Assembly: GCA_002633005.1 (NCBI GenBank)
Contig: NMRA01000490.1
Location: 168,170-232,169, forward strand
Reading direction: 5' to 3'
DNA from: Phoronis australis
Taxonomy: Eukaryota; Animalia; Phoronida
DNA length: 64,000 nt
Part shown: positions 40,180-51,262 of the stretch, piece after piece
Position numbering within the stretch: position 1 is the first letter of the stretch
How the letters are laid out: each line of letters opens with the position of its first letter
Translations under genes and position numbers: made by a program
The notes under the pieces: model-generated
Seen by the model: only the letters and a program-made list of their open reading frames with translations
Databases searched by the model: none
Told to the model about the DNA's origin: nothing

Positions 40180-40740
40180 AAAAGGTCGACACTCAACAGA
40201 ACATTGGTGAAGCAACTGACCAAGAGACCTGATAAAAAGACGCACAATATTTTGAAACATACTTGTTTCATTCCCAAGTGGAAATAAAATGACGCAGTAA
40301 TATCACCACAGAGCAAAAGCTGGAAACATTCACAGTGGGACACGGCAGGTGTGAAATAATGCAAAGAATGACAAATGAAGGGGTAGCAGGAAAGTCAGGC
40401 AAACAAGTGTGGTGTGACCCTGTTAGCTGCTCATTCAAAACAGGCTTCATGAATGCAATCAAAAGGGACTCCAATACTTTCAATCGCAGCACATCGTGCT
40501 CTGCGTTCCGAATTGCTGTGTTTTCCACAATTTCTGGACGGGTGATTTTACGTTCACGGCAGAAAACATTCTCGGATGCCAGCATTCTGAAGATGCATAC
40601 ATAACTAACGGGAAACAGCCAACTGTATGACCAATGTAACACATAAACAACACTACACTGGGCAACAGGGCGACTTTGGCTTCAGAAATGTTGTTTGTGA
40701 TGACAAAGTTGGAGGACTTCCTATTTTGATATGGACACTA
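40180..40740 (-). mobile_element. 3' fragment of a Penelope-like retroelement (GIY-YIG endonuclease remnant plus 3' region)
   Basis: Frameshifted minus-strand peptides across 40731-40418: YQNRKSSNFVITNN / SVVY / CYIGHT / MHLQNAGIRE / RKITRPEIVENTAIRNAEHDVLRLKVLESLLIAFMKPVLNEQLTG. These follow the typical PLE GIY-YIG sequence (VVY..YIG.T..H..L.ILE...I...KP.LN.Q). Confidence 0.8.
40243..40280 (-). ncRNA. Degenerate minimal type I hammerhead ribozyme motif of the Penelope element
   Basis: Minus strand reads CAC-TTGGGAA-T-GAAAC-AAGTAT-GTTTC-AAAA-TA-TT-GTG. This parses as stem I CAC/GTG, a 5-bp stem II and palindromic stem III ATAT. The core differs from the YUGANRA...GAAA consensus at two positions. 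Confidence 0.5.
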
Positions 40741-41639
40741 AAAGTGGATTTACATGTATCTATGGCACTGCACTAAAGACTGGAATAAAGGTTGAGATCT
40801 TGGCCACTTAACTCCAATCACATTACGCCTACGTGGCTGCAAACAGGTGTGCATAAAATACTGAGGGCGCCCCTTCGCTTTACTCGAATTTCAGAAAATT
40901 ATTCAACGTTGACATTGTTTCTCTGAATTGTCTTGCCACCGAATATTGAGCACTCAAACTAGTAGGCGTAAACTGTAAACGAAGGCTGGGGACGAATACT
41001 GCAAATTGTAATTTAGCTTCGACAAAGAAGCACGTTCGTCGGGTCGACTGAAGCCATGACTTGGTAAGACAAAGAGAAAAATCATGCCGAGGTTTTGTGG
41101 CTGCAGGACCCAGCGTTTTTCCATTGCGGGAACAAATGGGAAGGTGTCGGTCGGGGGTGGGTGTCCTCGGGGCCACTGTCGAGTTGTTTCTGTCCGACGA
41201 AGTCGAATATCAACATCCAGGTCTCAAATTAGCATTTCAATATATAGATTGCCACTAATGGGGACACAGTGGTAGTCGGATCCTTCCGAAAGTCGTCGTC
41301 ACCTGTTGTCAGCTTCATGTAAATACACTTGCCAAATTTAACAAAGACTCTGCAGATGTATTCAGAGTCGTCCTAAAATCATCATCAGCCGTCCTCTTCT
41401 TAGTAGGAACATATAGGTCAATTTCCATAACCCTGATACTTTCAGTGGTTTGGTCTACAGAGGAGCGGATGGCAAAAGCAGACTAAAAAGGTTGTAAAAT
41501 GGCCACTAGGTGGCACAAAATACATCAAATCCATTCAAAAATGTGAAGGTCGTCATAATCCTAACAGAAACTTGTTTGCCAAATTTCATGAAAATCCATT
41601 GAGAAATTACAAAGGTAAAAAGATCAACGTAAAAAGAAA

Positions 41640-41695
41640 NNNNNNNNNNNNNNNNNNNNNNNNNNNNNNNNNNNNNNNNNNNNNNNNNNNNNNNN
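41640..41695. other. Assembly gap (56 N)
   Basis: Run of n characters; a single n also occurs at 30305. Confidence 0.99.
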
Positions 41696-41832
41696 AAACT
41701 TTATTTTCAAAGCATATAAAATAAGAAATGAAATGATGAGTTTGTAAGTATCTGTGGATACACCTACCATGTAAAATATTGTCGTAAAAATGTGCAATGT
41801 ATTGTGGCCAAGAGCCTCAGTTTTGATGAAAC

Positions 41833-42144
41833 CAGTGGTGGATTTAGGGGGGGGTAAGGGGGCTATGGTTCCCCCTAAAATTCTACCAGATACCATTTGG
41901 CAGTTCCGGTGCGAATTGCTGACTAGCCCATGCGCGCAACCAGGGGGGCCCGGGAGGTGAATAAACAATGCATAGGCCCTGAACAAACCCCCGTTTTTTT
42001 TTTACTGTAGTCGAAAGGTCCGTAAACCCAAAAATTCGAGACCCCTGCATCCCTACATTTTAGGCTGGGTGCGTGCATCTGCCGAAATTCTGGTTATTCC
42101 TGTCCCCTGGCCCCCCCCAACTCAAAATCCTGGATCCACCTCTG
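41833..42144. mobile_element. hAT-like MITE
   Basis: Termini cagtggtggattta / tggatccacctctg (CAG.GG.GGAT-type TIR) with G-/C-rich subtermini; flanked by gaaac on both sides. Confidence 0.7.
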
Positions 42145-45100
42145 GAAACTACACTTAACTAAACTACAATGCAACAAGAATCTCAGTTTATTATACATGC
42201 AAGTATTGCACAGGTATCAACAATGGATCCTGTATTGGACGACTCCTTTTCCATAAATCTATCCTCTGGGGTGCGCACGCATCGATTTTTGCTCAATGTA
42301 AAAGTCAATGAAAAGGATATCAATCAACTTACAAAACAGCACCTATCTTAACTGCCACATCTCAAACTGTCTCTCAAATTAAATTAGACGTGTTTATTGT
42401 TCTAGAAAGGCAGGAGACACAACCACGGCCATTTTGGCAGTTTCTGCAGTTCAGTTCTCCTAGAAAGTTCCCCCTTCTGACCAATAAGCAATATTTAGCT
42501 TATTGTTCTGACTGATATAAGAGTGATTCTAGTCAGTAGGAAAGATTGGATTAGGTACTTAAGGTTCCGCTGCCAGAACACAAGTAGTAATTGCATTTGA
42601 ATATTAGCAATTAATCGGATATGCCATGACAAAATCCTGTTTACATCATAGTATAATGTTGCAGAAAATGAATCTAGTTTCTGAAGAAAACGTTTGATTT
42701 TATTAACTATAAGGCTAAAAAAAGCATGGTTGGTTCTCAGGTCTGTGCTCACAGTCTAAAACACATAGCCCTCATTCACTCAAGGTTCAACTTGCATTTT
42801 TTGAAAAACTGTACGAAGGCAAAAAACCAAGGGTAAGCAAGGTCTAAAATACTATGACTTGCCAAGTGATAGGTGAAAACAATTCTCGCAACATTTTTGC
42901 GCAATTCATATAGATTTTCCTTTCTGAAAAAGTGAGCTGCTATAAAAATGTCACACTTGACTTGATTTTTAAATAAAATGGAAACCAGATCCAAGTATTC
43001 CTTTTGGTCAGAAGATATCTTTTGCACCGTTTTAGTCACCTCTGTGTTCTGCGCTTCCGTTCGGATGACTACGCTCAATGGACTTACTTGCAAGCCAATT
43101 GTTAATCCCAGCCTCCTAACATAATTTGCCTGATGCCAGAAACATCTTATAAAATTAACCCATCTGTGACTCAGATGATAAGACACAGATGCCTTGCATT
43201 GTGCAACTGTCCTTGTAGAAATCACTAAAAAGGCCACTATTGTAATAATAATTTTTTAGTGTATTTGAGGGTGGCAAATGCACTTATTTCACTACACAAC
43301 AGAACTATTGTGAACCAAAGCAACTGAATCTAGAAATTTTTTTTATTTATTTAAAGTTTAGAAGTCACCACAAATTTTGAACCCCATTTCGAGTGAATTA
43401 TTGTGACCCGACTTTGCTACACGCTTTGGCAAGTTTGTGGCAACATGGGATTTTCTCAGGTCGCCAACCACAATCTGAAGTTGCATTGGCAAGCTGCAGG
43501 TCACCAAATTGAGCATCTACACTGTAATTCTCTATCGAAAACCAATGTCATCATACTTCCTTGTTTGTTTGATTTGGAATTGGTTGCATTAAAGAGCATG
43601 CGATTTCCCTGATGGCAGCAAAAACTATTACCGGTACTTCTAAATACTAGAAATCTTATCTAATCTTTGTAAAGTACAAGACAGACCAATTGTATAATCT
43701 TTAGCTGACATGAATGGCCAGGGTTCATTGCACCTTTAATAATGCTCTGAAAAATTTGTTATCAATTATGTACTATTAATTCTGATCAAAGAAATCATTC
43801 AATCACTTACAGACTGTTACTTAACTACCAGATCGGGTGTGTGACATAACTTTTCTTGTGAAGGAAGGCATTAATTAAGATAGAATTTCTCAGTTTTTAC
43901 TAGTTTATTTTTGAAATATAGAGCTTCTGTGCCATTTATTTCCATTTGATAAATTATTTTATGAAAGAGGATGAAATAAGAGTTGAAAAATTAACTTGTC
44001 ATTTTGATACTGGTCCTCTGAAAGCCATCTCCCCTATACCACAACATAATGGCAAAAGAACCTGAGGACTGTTAGCTTAAACCACTGCCCAATTACTATA
44101 AGCTCATAAACTCACACTATGCCCATGCGTGGGTAATTGCCCACCCCCAACTTTTGCCAAATTTCAATGCAAGTACCCACTGTTCAGGTAGTGTCTATCC
44201 CCAACTTAACGCTAACAGAACAACCTTGAACTCGTGATTTTGTTCGAAGCTATTTTGCCTCTGGCACACACCTCCGTGTTTGCAGGAAACTCCGGCGGGC
44301 TTATAACTAGATGCAATAGTCTTAAAAAGTTGTGTTTTTAGCCGGCAGTAGTGGAATAACTGCCTTTTCTTTAACTCATCAACAGGTGTTATGTTAAGTT
44401 AATACAGGGCTACGTGGTAGATTTTTACAGAACTGGCACACTTCTATGAGATTAGTTATTGTTCAGGCATTAAATGTGGATGCCCCTTTGTGGTGACACA
44501 TGGGGGTCTTTCGGGTGCATAAACTGATACTCATAGCCAACGAATGAATGCCCTCCTATTCCTGGAACCGCAATACTCTTGGCTCGTGTGCTCCAAATAT
44601 GAACCCAAGGCAAGTTTTTTTTTAAACTTGACAATGAAGTTACCGATTAGTTCTGATTTTGGAAAAACAATTCCCACTTAAAGTTTTTTGTTACCACTGC
44701 CTTGAGTATTCCGGCTGTTGGTGTAAGAAAAAATTGTCAAAAATCCATATGAGCAAAAAGCATGGTGGCACTCAGGAATGCCTTCGTATCAAGCTAACTT
44801 GGTGGCGACTGCGGACCAGTAATTTAATTTTTTCTCACCCCTCCCACTTGCATTTTTGGTGACAACCTCGGTAGGTGCAAAGTAATAATCTTGATCAGAC
44901 TGTGAAGTTATTCGCGCCTACAAGTTGCACACACGGAGCACAGGATTTTTCTAGATTTATCTCCCGGTTCAACCAGATTTGAATTGAGCAATTTGTCACA
45001 CACCCCTCTCGTTGGAACTGCAAACTTTGGGTGGAGCCCAGAACTAATCGTCCGTGTTTTTAATCAAGGAAATGATATGTTGTCACGTTCACTGATCTGA

Positions 45101-45516
45101 AACACTACACTTGTTGTTACGGAAAGTGGACTGTCATTCGAGTTTCATAAAGTTCCACGGTACTTTTTGCAGCACACTAGTAACATTTAAAAACTTAGAT
45201 TTTTGAAACGTTTTGGTGAAATCAAACATTTAGAGTCGAAATCCTGTTTGCTGTTTGAGCCGTAAGAAACTTTGTAGTTGTCAGGTTCCGCTGATTGATC
45301 GAACCTACGAATTCCGCGCTCTAATGAACACCCCACACGCTATCCTAGTTCAGCCAAATTTCGCCATATTAGCGCCACTGCTCGTGTAATTGCACACCCC
45401 CTTGTCTTAGAGTTTCCCCATTTAAGCGCCATAGAAATAACCTGCCAGTTTACAGTAAATACTCCACTTCTTATAGCAGAGGAAACAATACAGCAGAAAG
45501 CCACATTGGTTTGGGC

Positions 45517-45615
45517 AATAGTCTTATATAATTTGCTGGCATTTTGAGAACCAGTTTGTTACCCCAGTGGAGAAAACTGGTTCTCAAAATGCGGGCACAT
45601 TATCAGACTATTATC
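45517..45615. mobile_element. 99-bp hairpin mini-MITE flanked by an 11-bp direct repeat
   Basis: Perfect 19-bp stem 45539-45557 / 45574-45592, extending imperfectly to ~40 bp. ttggtttgggc occurs at 45506-45516 and 45616-45626. Confidence 0.75.
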
Positions 45616-46131
45616 TTGGTTTGGGCTAAACTATACTCTTACTTTTTATGACATCAGTCAACCCAACTTCAGATCAATGCCAGTAAAAATTGTTTTTTGA
45701 CCTGAAAGTGTAGTAATGACTGAACATTGTCTTAACCCTTGCCCCCTCGCCCCCATCTTCAATAAGCACCAGTCTTTCATTAGACTGACTTTGGAATAAA
45801 AGTTTGGAGCAAAATTAGTGCCAGGTCCTGAGTAAGTGCTGCAGTTTTGACTAACAAATATTAAGAGTAATTTAGGCACCATAAGTTGGTGAGAAAGCTT
45901 AGCACATGGGATAGTAAGGCCTAGTTAAGTAAAATATTCCATTACTGGTAATACACATGGCTGGAACTGCCTATGGCCTAAGTTAAATTATGAAATTTTA
46001 CACAATTTTAAAAGCGCCTGGTTAAACACAGTATAAACAGTGAGTCTTACTCAATCTGCACCATGTTAAACAAAGTGACATCTTTCCAAAGCTGTTGAGA
46101 ACTCAAAGACATCAAGTACTGAGTCTCAGTC

Positions 46132-46207
46132 AGCAATTTTGTGTACTTAATGCACTACAGGCTGTCCTTAGCAATTTTGTGTACTTGATGTACTACAGGT
46201 TGTCCTC
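46132..46207. repeat. 38-bp tandem duplication
   Basis: agcaattttgtgtactt(a/g)atg(c/t)actacagg(c/t)tgtcct occurs twice. Confidence 0.85.
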
Positions 46208-47590
46208 AATATTTGGCAACATGCATGTTGTCAATGCACCACTGAGATTGTGTTTCTTAGATTTAATACATTTGATTCACAGTTATTTAGTGAAATCAGT
46301 GCATTTGCCACCATAGCAGTCAGCACACATCAAACGTGCGCTTAAATTACAACAGGAAGCAAACAGACGGAAGGAAGTCGGAACTGTTCAACAAAAAACG
46401 GGCAAGATCTGTCAATACAAATACATCTGAATTTTGCTTTCTAATGAAGTTAAGATGTGAATGCCAAATGTTTGTGTTCATGTGAATGCGGACACTTTCC
46501 CTATGTGGCAAGCAAAGGTTACAGCCGCATACAGTGATAATTAGACCAACTGCAATTGGCGACTTCAAATTAAAATTAATTTGCTGTGGTAACTCCAGCT
46601 GCAAAGTAACCACACTCTGGCGATAGAGTAATTCTTGAGTTACTTAACTCATAAATAATTGCCAAAACTGTTACGTCTCTGACTATAACGTAAACTTCAT
46701 CACGTTGTTTTACGACATCTCCATAGCACAGCTAAAGCCGATTCGAGACTATTATCTCCCTCTCTTCATTTTTGTTTGAGAAATTTGACAAAACAAAGTT
46801 TCATGTCTCCCTATTGTGTGCAAAACTAGAGAAAAACTGTCAGAGCCAACTAAAGTTATGAACTTTAACTTATGGTATCAAAAATTGAAATGCATACATG
46901 CAAGACAAAAACAGATTTTTGAAGAAGCTGCAGTCTGTGGCGATGTCCGACATTTGTTGTCCCATGGTAGGTGGCGCTTGTGCATAACCAGCCTAATCCT
47001 GCAGTAGCGGTGGAGCTTTAGTTTTAAAGGACTATTTATGGGGTTAAGAAAAACATCGTACCAAACCAATGCAGCGAAATTGAACATTGCCATTTGAGAA
47101 TCATAAAAGAACATTTATTGGAAATTGGCACAAGTTTGACAAAATTTTAGGATTTGTTATGGCCCAAGTCTAAGGTAGGCCTTCATTTAGAGAGCGTCCA
47201 GGGCACCCAAATACTAGACAGCCTAACTCAAATTTACGTAACCCAGTTTGGATGTCCTTTTCAGCATTTGGACCCGCAAGTAAAACAAGCGAGTAAGCAT
47301 GAATGTCTTCGTTTCATTTGCTAGCAGCAGCAGCAACTCTGGAAGCGGCATGGAGTGTCCACTAAGAATAAAAAACTAGATCAAAAAACGATGCTAGACG
47401 CAAAGAATTTTACCGCAGAACCATGTCACCACAATAATATACCACACTACAACAGGAAGTTGATATGAGGTCATCAAAACGTAGTTACGCGTCATATGTT
47501 CATGAATGACCCGCGAAATTGGTAAACACATATTAGACGCCCTTAATTTTTGAAATCCTTTACGAAACCCTGGTGCAAGGTGCAGGGTTA

Positions 47591-49003
47591 CCGTATTCGC
47601 CGTAATAACCGCCCAGGGCGCTTAGAAAAGTTCGGTTCAAGGGGGCGCTTATTATAACCCAAGGCGATTGAAACCCGGTTTCCGAAACGTGTGAAATCGG
47701 AAGCTAAGATTCATCAAATTTACGCTGTGACGTATATGTAATCTATGAAAGACTTTCAACAAAACTGTGGTGCATTGCTATCAAACTTTGCTGCTAAATT
47801 ACGATCATGTTACAGAAAATTGTGCTGAAATCCCAGGGCGAAAACTCGCCGACTGACTGCCTCGAAATTGCCGTCTTCGATACGGCGACGTCAATGGTTG
47901 AATAAAAATTTTTTCCACTCAAGCAAATTACCTGAAATCCTCATTAAGTTTTATAAGTAGCGTCTCCAAGATTTTTTAAGTTCCCGTGGAGTCTGGATTA
48001 ACGGCAGGTTTAAGTACAAATCTGTGCAACATCGTGCCATCTACATGTATGATCGGCAAAACGGTGAGAAAAATGATTGTCTGGACGAACACACACATGT
48101 TGTTGTCACGTGACGTTTGTTTTGAAGTTCGTCTGCGAGTAAGCGAGCGCGTACGTGTCACCAGAGTTCATTTGCCAAAGCGGAGACCGTCTTTTGGCCA
48201 GAGCCACGCAATCTAACTAGCTAGACGTGTCTAAAGAAATTTGCACAAGCAGTAGGCTTAACCAGAGCGTGTTTCATTCAGCACTTGCCGGTCTCGTGCT
48301 AAAACCGTTCGACATTTGTCTCGGTAAGGCCCATATTAGTCGCCGTGTAGCTGGATGCGTACGTAGCTATCTGACAGTTATTTTTCGGTGTAAGAGTGTG
48401 TAAGCATTCACTGTCAGTTGTCATTTTATCGGATATTCGGCTTAAAAACACCAATTATGGTTAATCAAACAATCCATCTCAAAAATAACGCAAACATGTT
48501 TTATAGTATTAGAAATTGTCGGAAATTAGTGCCAATATTCATTTCTTATCGATGCTATGCTACCCGTTTCATGAATGGATAGTTCCCGACTAATGTCTTT
48601 GATGACAGGTTCATGTATGTAGCGCGCGCTTCCTGGCCACGTGCGTTTAACACAGTTATTTTTATTCATGAGACAGTCGATGTGTCTACTGAAAGGTCAG
48701 ACCATAGTGGGACGCGGTCGTCGCGAGAGCCTAGCAACGCTGTTGCGTTCTTTTTGAAGCGCTGCGTTACTTTGAAGTGTAAAGTCACGGCTAAATACAA
48801 ACTTAGCAGTGCCGCTGGTGGTCTAGAAGACCCGTGCAAAAATTTTTTGATAAATTGAAGACGTTACTGTAGCCGAGTTTTAGGACTGTAGGTACGTCAT
48901 TGTTCGCATGTACACGTTCATGGACTGGGCGCTTATTTCAGCAGTCTGAAAACGCGTGGGGGGGCGCTTATAGGGTCATGGGCGGTTATTACGGCGAATA
49001 CGG
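47591..49003 (+). mobile_element. Non-autonomous Tc2/pogo-like DNA transposon carrying a HIRAN pseudogene, copy 2
   Basis: TA|ccgtattcgccgtaataaccgccca ... tgggcggttattacggcgaatacgg|TA gives a perfect 25-bp TIR and a TA TSD. GGGCGCTTA subterminal motifs are present. Colinear with 5637-7045. Confidence 0.92.
48661..48872 (+). pseudogene. HIRAN-domain remnant, internally deleted
   Basis: LKGQTIVGR and AFFLKRCVTLKCKVTAKYKLSSAAGGLEDPCK lie in different frames and retain the GGLE.PC motif. The HVYKEIW..NPFD block seen in copy 1 is missing. Confidence 0.65.
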
Positions 49004-49184
49004 TATATGACTTAATGTCCATTTTCACCGCAATACATTAAAAAAGCAAAATTGTGTTAGGTTTCGGTTAACAGGTTATCAAAGATGAATGATTTCAGTA
49101 AATCTTTGAATGGTGATAATGCCGAACAAAAGAGCACGGGAATACTCAACTATGAACTATACTGATATCTGGACTAGCTCAATC

Positions 49185-49848
49185 CACAGGCGTGCTCAGC
49201 TTCTGATCGTCCCCAATACACTACATATAATACTACAAGGTATGACACTCCCGACCAGAAATTCCATGGGTGCTTCACTTCAGCCGTCCATATCAAACAC
49301 AAAACTCAATAAATTTACACAAAACAGAGGTTCAACAAACCATGAAGAATTGTCCTTTCTCCCAATACCATTCACAGTGTCCTGTTCCGGCGACTTCGTA
49401 AGAAATTCGCAGTCAAAGAACAAAAATGTTCACAAAAAAACCCCACACACGTCCATCAGGGGCCGCTCGAGGTCAAGGACGGTACGGAAATTGTCGGTTT
49501 GTCGCGTAAAGTCACGATGTCGGTACTCTGTAACTCACCGGCAATTTCCGTACCGTCCTTGACCTCAAGCGGCCCCCCGATGGACGTGTGTGGGGTTTTT
49601 TGTGAACATTTTTGTTCTTTGACTGCGAATTTCTTACGAAGTCCCCGGAACAGGACACCGTGAATGGTATTGGGAGAAAGGACAATTCTTCATGGTTTGT
49701 TGAACCTCTGTTTTGTATAAATTTATTGAGTTTTGTTTGATATGGACGGCTGAAGTGAATCACCCGTGGAATTTCTGGTCGGGAGTGTCATACCTTGTAG
49801 TATTATATGTAGTGTATTGGGGACGATCAGAAGCTGAGGACGCCTGTG
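49185..49848. mobile_element. 664-bp foldback DNA element with ~313-bp arms and 8-bp TSD (P-superfamily-like termini)
   Basis: GCTCAATC|cacaggcg ... cgcctgtg|GCTCAATC. Arms 49185-49498 and 49537-49848 are inverted copies with about a dozen differences, separated by a 38-bp spacer. Confidence 0.93.
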
Positions 49849-50162
49849 GCTCAATCTAGAAAGCGTGGTCATCTGCAGTAAACATCAACCACAGGTTTTT
49901 GGAATGGCTAAAACATTCCCATCAGCTCTTCATTGTCATTCTGAATGTTTCTCATTTTTGCAACAATCTGCATCATTTTGCTCATGATGTAAATTTTTAT
50001 CTAAATTGTATCGATGGAACCTTGATGACTGACATACAAATCTACACAGCTATGTTGGCTTGCAACTTAAGTTTTGATAAGACCCCCAGCTGCAGAGATC
50101 ATTGATTGGAGAAGGCACATCTCAGTCAACAGTAACTATTCATAAATCTGTTTATTTTGCAG

Positions 50163-50261
50163 TTATACATTCACATCAGCAGGATAGTGAGATACTGGCT
50201 TCAGAACAGAAATAATTGTCTTCTAATCTGCAACAAGGGTGGTTTAAGGGCTGAAGATAAG
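50163..50261 (+). other. Candidate 99-bp internal exon (unverified)
   Basis: Acceptor tttattttgcag| and donor aag|gtgagt. Open in phase 0: LYIHISRIVRYWLQNRNNCLLICNKGGLRAEDK. No homolog recognised. Confidence 0.25.
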
Positions 50262-51105
50262 GTGAGTTGATTATCAAACAGTTCTAGGAACATTAGAAAG
50301 GGAACTCTATCTTGTGGTACCAGATACTCCCTGAGACTCAGTTATCAAAGACTGAACATTTTCAAAGTTTTTAAAAAGTTAACTGCAGGCTCAAAAATTG
50401 CATTTTCAATACCTTCACTGTTGTTTAGATGGTAAGTTGTTTGGTCCATAGCACACAATAATTGGTATTCACAGTTTATAGTTAGCACAATCATCATGTC
50501 TATATATGTTACAGATCTTTGAATTGCTAATTACCACAATTATAAATGGGTATATAGCAATTAGTCACTCCTTAGGATATAGCTGTCAACAGAATGTATT
50601 AAGTTATACCCGACTTCACACTGAATTGAACACATTTTAAAGCCTATATTGAATGATATGCACACGAATTTGGCAGCTACAATATGTTTTGAGCATTAAC
50701 CTGTGCACACCAATGCCATAAAATGTCAAATGCAGTGAAAAGTTAGGCTTAAAGCTGACTTACTATCATCTACGTCTCTACATAACAAGAATCGTTATTA
50801 CTAATGGTCTTCTATTCAGACCCCTATTCTATACCACTTTTTTAGCTTTCATTCTTATTCTGTTCCTGTCCTCAGTGATGTAATATGGAACGAAAAAGGT
50901 ACATCACGTATCGTTTGATTAGCTTACATGATTGACTGATTCAAGGTGTTTTGTTAGCCGCTAAAGTACTGCTGGGACTCTCTGGGTAATCTAATAGAAC
51001 AAAAATAAAAATCCCTCCAAGGAAGGTTTTAAGGCCTGCAGGCTGAGTTTTGTTGGTTTTAGTAATGATGCAAGGTGTCAGGGGAGCGAGTGTCAGCAGG
51101 TCAGG

Positions 51106-51262
51106 CAGTATGAATGGTTAAGTTCAGTCCTCAATCCAAGTTAACAACAAATGCTAACTTCGCAGGAAAAAGGTAGATTTAACAGTGGAGCGTGGATGCT
51201 TCCATGCGATGCGAATGGTTAACTTCGGTATCATTGGAATTACCTGAAGGTGTCGCTGTAAT
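51106..51262 (-). mobile_element. Diverged fragment of the 13615-14079 Harbinger-like repeat
   Basis: cagtatgaatggttaagttcagtcct...aagttaaca...gatttaacag...gaatggttaacttcggt aligns to the reverse complement of ~13910-14066. Confidence 0.6.

Noticed and set aside
39348-40840. Kolobok-like element (ttaa|ggagccacg ... cgtggctgc) enclosing the Penelope fragment
   Set aside because: The terminal match is only about 8-9 bp and the right TTAA is absent.
39905-41615. Short related segments (caggtggc.caaaata...ccaaatttcat.aaa.tcca) at ~39905-39990 and ~41500-41605
   Set aside because: Probably fragments of a common Helentron-type interspersed repeat, but the ends cannot be defined and the second abuts the gap.
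42776-43237. Longest ORF (153 aa) as a gene
   Set aside because: Non-ATG start, no recognisable domain, and a length compatible with chance.
49110-49763. ORFs 49110-49562 (+) and 49512-49763 (-) sharing the same peptide
   Set aside because: The shared peptide is a by-product of the foldback palindrome, and no domain is recognisable.
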